From NCBI RefSeq assembly GCF_018350175.1, contig NC_058381.1:1860001-1924000 (forward strand): a DNA stretch of 64,000 bases. Reading direction: 5' to 3'. Below are positions 46,551 to 57,800 of the stretch, piece by piece. This DNA comes from Felis catus. Lineage: Eukaryota. The notes beneath the pieces are model-generated. The model saw nothing but the letters and a program-made list of their open reading frames with translations. It did no database searches and was not told the origin of the DNA. The number at the start of each line of letters is the position of its first letter. Within the stretch, counting starts at the first letter, position 1. The translations under genes were made by a program, and so were the position numbers.

Positions 46551-49500
46551 TAGTCGACAGATACTTACTGAGCTCTTACGAAGGGGTGAGCTCAGGGTGA
46601 GCCTTTTTACAGATGGCAGTGGCGACGAGCAAAATGTTTTCAAACGCTGTGAGAATTGTATGGCAGGGACCCCTAAGCTAACCTGGAGAACTACAGAGAT
46701 TTTCCCGGGGCCCTAAGCTGAGACCCCTCCCCACCCCCCGGATGAGTAAGGGTTGGGTAGGGAAAGAAAATGGGAGAAGCGGTTCAGGCAGTGGAAAGCT
46801 CATGTGGTAGGAAGGAACTGAAAAGAAGGGCGTTGTGTCTGGGCCTCAGAGGTGGTGGGGGAAGAGAGTGGACACGATGAGGCTGGTGAGGTGAGTAGGC
46901 GGTGGGCAGGTCATGCAGAGCTTTCTAGACTGGCCTAGAAGGGTCCTTTGGGTTATACTAAGGGAAGGATCTAACATCCATGCAGTTCTGCAAACTAGAA
47001 ACCCAGATGTCATCCTGAATTCTTGCTCACATGCTTCATAGGCAGTCCTGTTGATTTTATTATTTAAGTAGCTTTCAGACCTACCCACTCCTTTCCGTAT
47101 TTTTCTCTTTGCCCCCATCCTCGCCTGAACTCCCATCCTCTTGCCCAGGTGAAGGCACTGACTGTAAGAATGCATAACGTGTCCGACATGATGTCTTCTA
47201 ACGTCGGGCGCTCCTTTAATATCTCCTGCTCTCCATCCTCTCCTAACCCGCCCCCCCCAGATTTTACCCGTCCTTCAAGATGGTCTTCCTTGACTGGTCT
47301 TTGTTACTGGGACCTTCCCAGCCCTGTGCTTCCTTCCAGGAAGAGGGTGGTCACAACCCGTTGGATCTGGATGGTTCTACAGTCTTAGCCCCACTTTTAT
47401 CAGGGACAGTCTCATCATTGATTTTAACATTACTCCTCACTATGGACGGTGACAGAACTGGGCCTCTGCTATCTCAGCCCACTTTTGGAAGCTGGAGCCG
47501 ATTATGCATTTTCTCTTCTAAGTCCTCCTCGTCGAATTCATGTGGTTTTAGGTATTTCTGAAATATTATGTATTCTGCCTATACACGCGTGGTTTCTTTC
47601 ATTGTCTTTCAAGTTTTCACTCCTCCCTCCAGTGCCCATTAAGCCCATGAACTTATCGTCTTTCTTATTTTCTGCGAAGTGTCTAAGTGTAGTAGAATTT
47701 TGAGCAAAGCTGAAAGTGATGTGGAAAACTAGACCCCTTTTAATATTGCTTGTGTTGCCTTTTTTGGGGGGGGGGTGGCATATTCTGCCTTCACTTTTTT
47801 CCTGCTTGTGTGTCTCATATTGGACCCTCAGTACGCGGGTTTTCTTAGCTTCCCCGTACACTTGTATTCAACAGACCTTTATCAAGATTCTGTTATGGGC
47901 TAGCTATTGTTTCTCTACCCTAGGCAGATAAACAGGCATGATCTTTTCCCTCAGAGGCTTTCTAGCCCAGTCGAGATGAGAACTGAGGGAAAGTAAATGG
48001 GTCGGAGCTTAGTGGAAAGACGGATAGATCCCCCGATTGGACCGTCTGTGTTGACCTGCTCAATGACTCTGCTTTCCCGCAGGTAACTCGGTAACCCCAC
48101 AGTGAAGCTGGATTGGTTCACAGTTTCTGGCACCGATTCCAGCCACAGTCCCCTGACTTGTCTCCTTGCCTCGTCTCCTTGCCTCATTCTGTTGTATCTC
48201 ATCCATTTCTCACNNNNNNNNNNNNNNNNNNNNNNNNNNNNNNNNNNNNNNNNNNNNNNNNNNNNNNNNNNNNNNNNNNNNNNNNNNNNNNNNNNNNNNN
48301 NNNNNNNNNNNNNNNNNNNNNNNNNNNNNNNNNNNNNNNNNNNNNNNNNNNNNNNNNNNNNNNNNNNNNNNNCCAGTGCAGAGCCTGATGGGGGGGACTC
48401 GAATCCACGAACCGTGAGATCATGACCTGAGCTGAAGTCAGACGCTTAACCTTCTGAGCCATCCAGGCACCCCCGGAGTGAGCTTTCCAAAGTAAAATTC
48501 TGATCCCGTTTGCTGTCTTTTAAAATCTTTCAGGGGCGCCTGGGTGGCTCAGTCGGTTGAGCGTCCGACTTCCGCTCAGGTCATGATCCCGCAGTTCATG
48601 AGTTCGAGCCCCGCATTGGGCTCTGTGCTGACAGCTTGGAGTCTGGAGCCTGCTTCCGATTCTGTGTCTCCCCCTCTCTGTCTGCCCCGCCCCTGCTCAT
48701 GCTGTCCGTCTCTTATGAATGAATAAATGTTAAAAAACATTTTAAATCCTTTAGTAGCTGGACTTTCTCGGCCCTTGGCCTTCGTACTTGTAGGTCTCTG
48801 CTTGGGATCCCTCCCTGTCCTGCTTCCCCGCTCCCCACAAAAATCGTTTCAGTTCTCTGTTTATTTGTCACTGCCTTTGGGACACCTTTCCAAACCACCC
48901 TATGATTCATTGTCCATTCTTAGACCATATTGAAGTGATCTATTTATTCGTTTCGCGTGTATACAATCTCCTTGCCTCCCATCTACACGGCTAGGCTTTG
49001 ATTTATTTTTTTACACGTAATTGAAAAAGATGTAGGGAACTTACTTCAGATTACACAAAAGTAGAGGAAATAGTATTTTGAAGTATCCCGTCCTATGCTG
49101 TCCCCATCACCCCAATTTAACAATGAACGTTTTGCCAACATTGCTTAACGGCCACCCTCCCAGCTCTTCTCCCTCCCCCGCACCGGGCATCTTAAAGCAA
49201 ATCCGAGATCTCATTTCCCCTATGGCCGCGTGTTCTTAGAAGGACAGGTGTCTTATTCTGCCTTGTACCCCAGGGCCTTGCCCTGTTGCGTTGCGCAGCC
49301 AGTCGCGCCATCTGTTTAAAAACGTCATCAGCAAGGTGACAGCATTCTCTTGCTCCAAACCATACAGTCATTTCCCTTTGCGTGAGGCCCCACCCTGTGT
49401 GACCTCTGCTTGCCTCTCGACCTCATCTCGTACAGCTCTCTGTCTGTCTGGACTGTGGCCGCCCCCGCTAACCTCTTGATGTGAAACTCCCGGGAAGGTG

Positions 49501-51189
49501 AACTTCTCCCTTAGGGCTCAGCTTGTCTGCCCCTGTTTCGCAGGAGTCTTTCCTGACCACCCTGTGCCAGTTCTTCCCGTCCCGCGCGTTCTCTGTCACT
49601 TTGTCCCGTTTCATTTTTCCTAGCACTTCTCACTCCCCGAAAGAAATCAACCTGTTTGTGATCGGTCACGTTCTCCCTTCTCCTCGTCCCCGATTTAAAT
49701 TCCATCATAATCACTTTCTTGCCCCTCTCCCTACACCGTGCTTGCCCGGCAATACCACGTCTGTGTTCAGTTCAACTCCGTTTGTCCTGTGCCTGCACCC
49801 GCGCAGCTCGGTGTAGCTGGAGACGAACACGGAACCTTGCTGACTGGTCTCAGTTAAAACTCCCGGCCGTCGTCACGGCAGGCGGACCCTTAGTGTTGCC
49901 CAGCAGTCCTGCTGCATTTCCGCTCTCCTGGACAACCTCCGATCACTTCTCCGCACCCTCGCTCTGAGCCGATCACCCGCTTCCCACTTCTCCGAGCCGG
50001 TAGGCAGTCGGTGGGCAGTCCCGTGGGCTCCCGCCACCACATCTGCCAGGGTGACCGTAGCTGGCTCTCTGCCTTCCCTCCTGGGGCGAGGGGCGAGCCG
50101 GCCCCGGCGACTGCTTGTGCACTAGGGCTAGCCCGTGCCCCCTCCTTCGTCCGACCTTCCTCTCCGTCGGGGCCTTGCCTCGGCACGCAGCTCCAAGCGG
50201 CTTTTAGCCGTCCCCGCCTCGTGCCCCATTTCTCCCCTCGTCTTCATGGCAGCGCTCCTCAAAAGAATTGTTCGTACTTCCTGCCTCCGATTCTTCACCC
50301 ATTTTTCTTTTGCTTAATAATGTTTTGAGATCATTAAAAAAAATTTTTTTTAATGTTTATTTATTTTTGAGAGAGAAAGAGAGCCTGAGTAGAGGAGGGG
50401 TAGAAAGAGAGGGAGACAGAGTCTGAAGCAGGCTCCAGGCTCTGAGCTGTCAGCACAGAGCCCGACATGGGGCTCGAACCCACCAACCATGAGATCATGA
50501 CCTGAGCTTAAGCCGGACGCTTAACCGACTGAGCCACCCAGGCGCCCCACATTTTGAGATAATTTAAAGTTTATGCCCAATTTGAAAGAATAATAGACTT
50601 CTCGTGTATCTTTCCCCCAGATGCCCCAAATGTCAACGTTTTATTTTTTTAAATTTTTTATTAAAGAAACTTTTATTTATTTAAAAAAAAAGTTTTTTTT
50701 TTAACGTTTATTTTTATTTTTGAGACAGAGAGAGAGACAGAGCATGAACGGGGGAGGGTCAGAGAGAGGGAGACACAGAATCTGAAACAGGCTCCAGGCT
50801 CTGAGCTGTCAGCACAGAGCCCGACGCGGGGCTTGAACTCACAGACTGCGAGATCATGACCTGAGCAGAAGTCGGCCGCTTAACCGACTGAGCCACCCAG
50901 GTGCCCCTTANNNNNNNNNNNNNNNNNNNNNNNNNNNNNNNNNNNNNNNNNNNNNNNNNNNNNNNNNNNNNNNNNNNNNNNNNNNNNNNNNNNNNNNNNN
51001 NNNNNNNNNNNNNNNNNNNNNNNNNNNNNNNNNNNNNNAGCTCCAGGCTCTGAGCTGTCAGCACAGAGCCCGACGCGGGGCTCGAACTCACAGACCGTGA
51101 GATCATGACCTGAGCCGAAGTCGGCCGCTTAACCGACTGAGCCACCCAGGCGCCCCTTAAAGAAACTTTTAAAAAAATGTTTGTTTATT

Positions 51190-51224
<35 letters not shown>

Positions 51225-51810
51225 ACAAATGGGGGAGGGACAGAGAGAGAGGGAGACAGAATCTGAAGCAGGCTCCAGGCTCCGAGCTGTCAGCACAGAG
51301 GCCGACACGGGGCTCAAACTCACAAACCGTGAGATCATGACCTGAGCCAAAATCGGACACTTAAGCGACTGAGCTACCCAGGCACTCCCCCCCCCCCCTT
51401 TTTTTTTTTTAAAAAAACTTTCCGTGACCATTCAGGCCCTTAGGATTAGGCCTCTTTTTTAAAAAAAAAAAAAATTTAACGATCAGTCTTTTTTTTTTTT
51501 TTTTAATGTGTTTATTATTGAGAGAGCATGAGGGAGGACCGGAGAGAGAGGGAGAGATAATCCCAAGCAGTCTCTCCACTGCTAGCTTGGAGCCCAATGT
51601 GGTACTTGAACTCATGAACCATGAAATCATGACCTGAGCCGCACCCAGGCGCCCTGGGATTGTTTAAGGTACTCTAACCCCAGGGGCGCCTGAGTGGCTC
51701 AATGAATTAAGCTTCTGACTTTGGCTCAGGTCATGATCTCGCGGTCCGTGAGTTTGAGCCCCGTGTCAGGCTCTGGGCTGACAGCTCGGAGCCTGGAGCT
51801 TGCTTCGGAA

Positions 51811-51845
<35 letters not shown>

Positions 51846-54800
51846 TTCTCCCCTTCCCCTGCTCATGCTCTGTCTCTCTCTGTTTAAAAAATAAATAAAA
51901 ACATTAGAATAAAATAAAGTACTCTACCCCCATCGTGGGGCTCAAGCTCACAACCCCGAGGTCAGGAGTCGCACGCTCTTTTGACTGAGCCAGCCAGGTG
52001 TCCCCTCTTTAGTCTTCTTTAAATTTTTTTTTTTTTAACGTTTATTTATTTTTGAGACAGAGAGAGACACAGCATGAACGGGGGAGGGGCAGAGAGAGAG
52101 GGAGACACAGAATTGGAAGCAGGCTCCAGGCTCTGAGCCATCAGCCCAGAGCCCGACGCGGGGCTCGAACTCGCGGACCGCGAGATCGTGACCTGAGCTG
52201 AAGTCGGACGCTCAACCGACCGAGCCACCCAGGCGCCCCAGTCTTTAGTCTTCTTTAAACTGAAGCGGTTTCTTTGTCTTACGATCACGACGGTTTTGGA
52301 GAGCCACAGGGCAGTTCTGTTTGAGGATGCCCCTCGGTAACGGGATTCGGCAGGAGTGATGCGGCCGTGTGTCATTTTGGCGTGTCACATCGGGGGCACA
52401 TGGTGTCTCTCTGCCCCTCCACTGGTGGTGGTGACTTCGGTCACTGGATCAGGACGGTACCTGCCCGGTTTCGTCACTGTGAAGTGTGGCTTGTCTGTAA
52501 CTGGTATGTGTGCCGTGCGGAGATCACATGCACGTCTGTGTCTTGTCAGCCTTCTGCCCCGCGATTCCGTGTCCGTGTAAGCGTCTTCTCATCTGAGTCC
52601 TCGCTCCGGTGGTCACCTCCCGAACTCGTTCTCCTGGGGCTTTCGGCCTCACCCCTTCACCGAATCACCCCCTTTGCAGGGGCCCGTGGCGGTTCTTGAA
52701 GACCACCCGTGCTCTTCAGGGTGTGAAGTTCAAAGGTCAATGTTGCCCCCCCCCCCCCCCCCGCCGGTCCTTTTCAAGGCATTTCATACAGTTGGCCCCT
52801 CTTTTCTTCTTGAGACTTCCCTCTGCTTCCGGCACAGCATCCTGATTTCTTTTCACCCGTTCTGCTCACTCCTTTCCAGCCTTTACCGGGTCCTCCTCGC
52901 TTCCCACCTCTGGATGATTGGCGGTCCGAGAACCCGGGCCGATTTCCTCTGCGTGGGCGCTGTCCCTGGAGAGCTGACCCAGTCTCGTGGCCGACAGCTT
53001 CCCGGATCCGGGCTCCGACCAAGCCTTCTCTCTCCCGACCCACCCGCCCAGTGCCTGTGTGGCACATCCATTCTGGTGCTAAGTAGGAGCCCAGGTGCCA
53101 CACGTGTGACCCAGCCCGCCCCTCCCGCGGGGCCCCTGCCAGCAAACCTCCGTTGGCTCTGCGTCTCCCTGTCTCGCGCCCCTGTCGTTTGCCAGCACAT
53201 CCTTGGGCTCTGCCTTGGGCTCTGTCGAATTCCAGTACATCCGGAATTCGACTCTGTGCCGAGCTGGTTAAGCAGCACCACGTCTCAGCCTCCTCCTGTC
53301 TGCGTCTGCCACCCAGCGAGGCAGCTCGGCCCTGGGGCTGCGTTTTCAAAAATAAGTCAGACAAGGGGTGCCTTGGTGGCTCAGTCAGGTAAGCATCCGG
53401 CTTTTGATTTCAGCTCAGGTCACGATGTCATGGTTCATGGGTTGGAGCCCCGCATCGGGCTCTGACCTGACAGTGTGGAGCCTGCTTGGGATTCTTTCTC
53501 TCCCTCTCTCTCTGTCTTTTTTTTTTTTTTTTTTTTAACATTTATTTATTTTTGAAGGAGAGAGAGCGTGAGCAGGGGAGGGGCAGAGAGAGAGGGAGAC
53601 ATAGAATCCGAAGCAGGTTCCAGGCTCTGAGCGGTCAGCACAGTGCCCGATGCGGGACTTGAACCCACGAACTGTGAGATCATGACCTGAGCTGAAGTCG
53701 GACGCTCAACCGACTGAGCCACCCAGGTGCCCCAGCCTCTCTCTCTGTCTTTATCCTACTTGTTCTCTCTCTCAAAATAAACTTAAAACAAAACAAAACA
53801 AAACAAAAGTCAGACGATATCACTCCTCTGCCCAGTTCTCTCCCCCCCGCCCCCCCACAGTCTTTATCTTCTTCAGAGTAAGAGTCACCGGGTGCCTGCA
53901 GGGTGCCAGGCGCTGGCCCGGCCCCAGGGACCTGCGTCTTCTATGACTCTGGCCTCGCACTCTCCTTGAGACAGTTCGCCTCCTTGCTGTTCTTTACCAA
54001 GAAGAACAGGGCGCGCCTGTCACCGCGATCAATTTTATTGATTGTTATTGTTATCATTAAGGACTGTGTTTTTAAGTAATCTCCGTACCCACCGTGGGGC
54101 TCGAACTCACGACCCTGAGATCAAGAGTTGCACGCTCCACCGACCGAGCCGGGCCCGGGCGTCCCCGCTCTGACCAATTTGAGAACACTCCAGAAGGAAG
54201 CCCCGTACCCGCTGGCAGTTACCGCCCGTTTCCCCGCAGCCCCTCTCTGGCCCTCAGCCCGAGGCGGCCGCTCTCTACTTTTTGTCTCTATGTTTGCCTG
54301 CTTGGACCATTTCGCGTAAACGAGTTCTACAACGTGTGCCTTCTTTCACTTAGCGTCACGTTTTTAGAGGTTCACCCGTGTCTCAGAACTTCCCTTTACG
54401 AGCCTCCGCCGTGTGGGCACGCCACACTGTGTTTCCCGTACACCAGTTGGTGGGCGGGGGGTGGTTTCCACCTTGCGGCTCTCGGGGAGGATGCCGTGAA
54501 CCCTCACGCGCAGGTGTAGGCGTGCACGTTTTCAGGTCGCTGGGGCAGGAGCCGAGGAGGGGACCTGCTGGGTCGTGCGAGCCCGTACGACCTCGCGAGG
54601 AACTGCCCGACGGTTGACGTTCTCCCCAGCAGCGCGTGCGGGCGTGACCGTGTCTTGCTTTCGCTTGGCCCAGATGGCAGGTTCAGCGAGGGCTTCGGTG
54701 CCCCCTCCGCACGGAACGCCATCTCCCTTCCCTCCCCGGCCGCCGCTTTCCTTCCCGAGTCCGCTCTTTCAGGCCCCCTGGTGCTTCGCGCCATCCCGCC

Positions 54801-57800
54801 TGGTCTCTCGTCTGGGTGTCCGTGTCTTCTGTCGCCTGCACGTAGAACGTCGGCTCCGCAGCACCGAACACAGCGTCCCCCGTGAAGCGGATGTGGGGTG
54901 AATGTTTGCGGGATAAGCGAGTAAACGTTGCCCTTCGCGAGAGCGGGGCCCCTAACTTGTCCAGCTCTGTTCCTCCGTCCGCCTCCGTGCGTAGCAGGTG
55001 TTGTTGGCAGAAGGAGCGGCGAGCGCAGTCGTGGGTCCGGGGGCTATGAGGGGAGTCTGGCCTTCCAGGGGTCGGGAAATTACTCGTGGGAGGGCTGGGG
55101 GACACCCCTCTCTCAGGGCCCCCAGAGTACGTGCAAGGGAGACTCTGGCCGACTCGGTCTGCGTTGGCCTTAGTGGCTCTCCGGAAGCCGGGAGCAGAAG
55201 GGGTTGGGGGTGAAGGAAGAAGGGGGTCCCAGGTAAGCCCGCGTCCGATCAGCAAGCATTTGTGGGGTCTCCTCCGTGCCGGGTGCCCTTCAGGGTGACC
55301 GGGCTGAGGGAGCCGCGTCTTGGCAGTCCGGTTGCTGGACGAGTTGGGCTGCCCCCGTGTGGCGCTCCCGTAGTCAGGCGGGGAGCCGGGACGGGACTCG
55401 CTGCTGGAAAGCGGGCAGAGGCTGAACTCCTTGAGGGACGGCGGTCGGGCTCAGAGGAGGTGTGATGTCAGGAAAGGGTCCGTGGGGCCGAGAGGGGTTG
55501 GGAGAATCCTGATCCCCACGCACTTCCCTGCTTTCTCTCCCCCAGAACCTTTCGGCTGTCGGGGCGCTGGTGGGTCTCAGCAATGCCCGTCTCGGTTCCG
55601 TGAAAACTCGGTAAGTGTGCGCCCCGTTCTTCCTCTAGGGGGAGGTTTCCTTAGGAAGTGGGCCGTGCATCTGTCCTTCTGTCCCTCTATTGTCAGCACC
55701 CTGCGGATTCCGGAGACTTCTCCGTTCCCAGCGCGGGGAGGGGTTCGTTCTTTCCACGGGCTCCCTTGAGTTGAGTGCCCCCCTCCCCCTTCCAGCTCCC
55801 GAGTTTCCTCAGCCCCCCGTGGGACCACCCGGGCCCCCGCATCCCCACTGCGCACCCCTCGCCGGGAGCCCTCCTGGCGCTGCGGGAGTTAGAGCGCCCG
55901 GGGGTCTGCGGCAGCGCCTGGCTCTGCCCGGTTAGCATAGAACAAGCTTCCTCCGCGGCCGGGCTTGTCCTCACGCCCTCGTCTCCTGCAAGGTTCGAAG
56001 GGCTGTGTCTGCTGTCCCTGCTGGTGGGGGAGAGCCCCACGGAGCTGTTCCAGCAGCACTGTGTGTCCTGGCTTCGCAGCATCCAGCAGGTCCTACAGGT
56101 GAGGCTGCCCCCCGCCCCCGCCCCGGCTCCATCCCGGTGCTCCCGGTGCGCTGTGGGCGCTGGGCCTGGGCTCGGGCTCGTGAGGACAGAGAGGACTGGC
56201 GGTCTCCCGCGAACAGGGAGCACGGGTGCACGTGGGAACGTTGCGGGAGACCCTTTGATATTTTTATCCACGGGGTTGTTTTAATTCACATTTGACCTTT
56301 CACACACTGCGACCCTTGACCGTTTGCACTTCCTCGCTAGCCTTTCTAACACGTGACATCTCGAAAGTTCCTTTTCCCCGGTATTTTATTTTTGTTTTTA
56401 TTTATTAGTATTCTTACTTTTTGCTGCTCCTTTCTTCCTCTCTTAACGTTTTAATTTTTTTCTACTCTTACGCCCTTTGATGGCCTCCCCACCCGGTTCT
56501 TCAGTGAGCGTGTTCTGAGCACTTGCGGCCGAGTGCTGAGCTCTGGGGGACAGTGGTAAGGCGGACTTGAACCCTGCCTTCATGGTCCCTGGAATCCAGG
56601 GGTCGGGGAGCTTTCTGTGGAGTGAATGTTTACAGATGGAGGAAATGAAGAAAAACAGCAACTTTTATTTGGAAAAGACAGCATATAAACCATCCCCTAA
56701 GAGTTCATTCTACTGAGTTGGTACTCGTATCTTTAGAGGATGTATTTGGAGCAGATTGATGAATCTTACCTCTGTGGTGGCCTTGAACAGTTTACCCCTT
56801 CATAGAAATCCGTGTATCCGAGTGAAGGATGTTCTTCTTAAATAGACTCAGTTGTGGTCATTCTAATTTTCCCCTGAAACCAAAGCATACTTATATCCAT
56901 GTTGCTCTTGAAATGTACTGTACTTTGCGGACCCTGTTGTAAATGCACGTGAAAGCTTTCAAATGTCAGCGACTTAAAATTTTTTTTGTTTTTTATTTTT
57001 TGAGAGAGAGAGTGCGCTCATGCTCGCAAGCTGGGAGGGGCAGAGACAGAGGGAGAGAGAATCCTAAGCAGGCTCTACACTTTAACCGTAGAGCCTGATG
57101 TGGGGGCTCGAACCCACGAACTGTGAGATCATCACCTGAGCCGAAATCAAGAGTCGGACGCTGAACGACTGAGCCACCCAGGCACCCCAGATCCCAGCTG
57201 GTTTTAATTAGCTTCTGAATTTTTAAACTACCGAAAGCTTTCTCAAATACTTATGCGGAGTAGATACCAAAGGCCTTAACGTAATTGTATTTCTGTTTCT
57301 TCAGAAGCTCTCTAGATCGTGCTGTTTATCGTTAAGACTTATTTTGAGTGCGTCATTTCAACGTAACTCCTTTGATTTCTCCCTCAACAAAATAACCGAA
57401 GGGCAGTGTTTTATCCTATCTCGGGCCACCTTTTTAAATTGTATTTTATTAAAATATATATTTCAATAAAACCTTTTTATTATTTTTAAAATTTATCTTG
57501 CAAGTGAGAGAGAGTGTAAGCAGGTGAGGAGCAGAGAGAGAGGGAAAGAAAGGATCTCAAGCAGGCGCTGCTCTGTCAGCACAGAGCCCAACGCGGGACT
57601 CAGTCTCACGAACCGTGAGGTCATAACCTGAGCGGAGATCAAGAGTTGGGACACTTAACCAGCTGAGCCACCCAGGTGCTCCGTTTTATTTTATTTTTTT
57701 AAGTACGCTTCACGCCCGCAGTGGAGCCCAGCGTGGAACGTGAACTCACGGCCCCGAGACCGAGACATGAGCTGAAACCGGGAGTCGGATGCTTCTCTGA

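Noticed and set aside
45557-46643. 241-301 aa ORFs on both strands at the PELP1 start
   Set aside because: Only the exon-1 part (45996-46244) matches PELP1. The rest is 5' CpG island or intron read-through.
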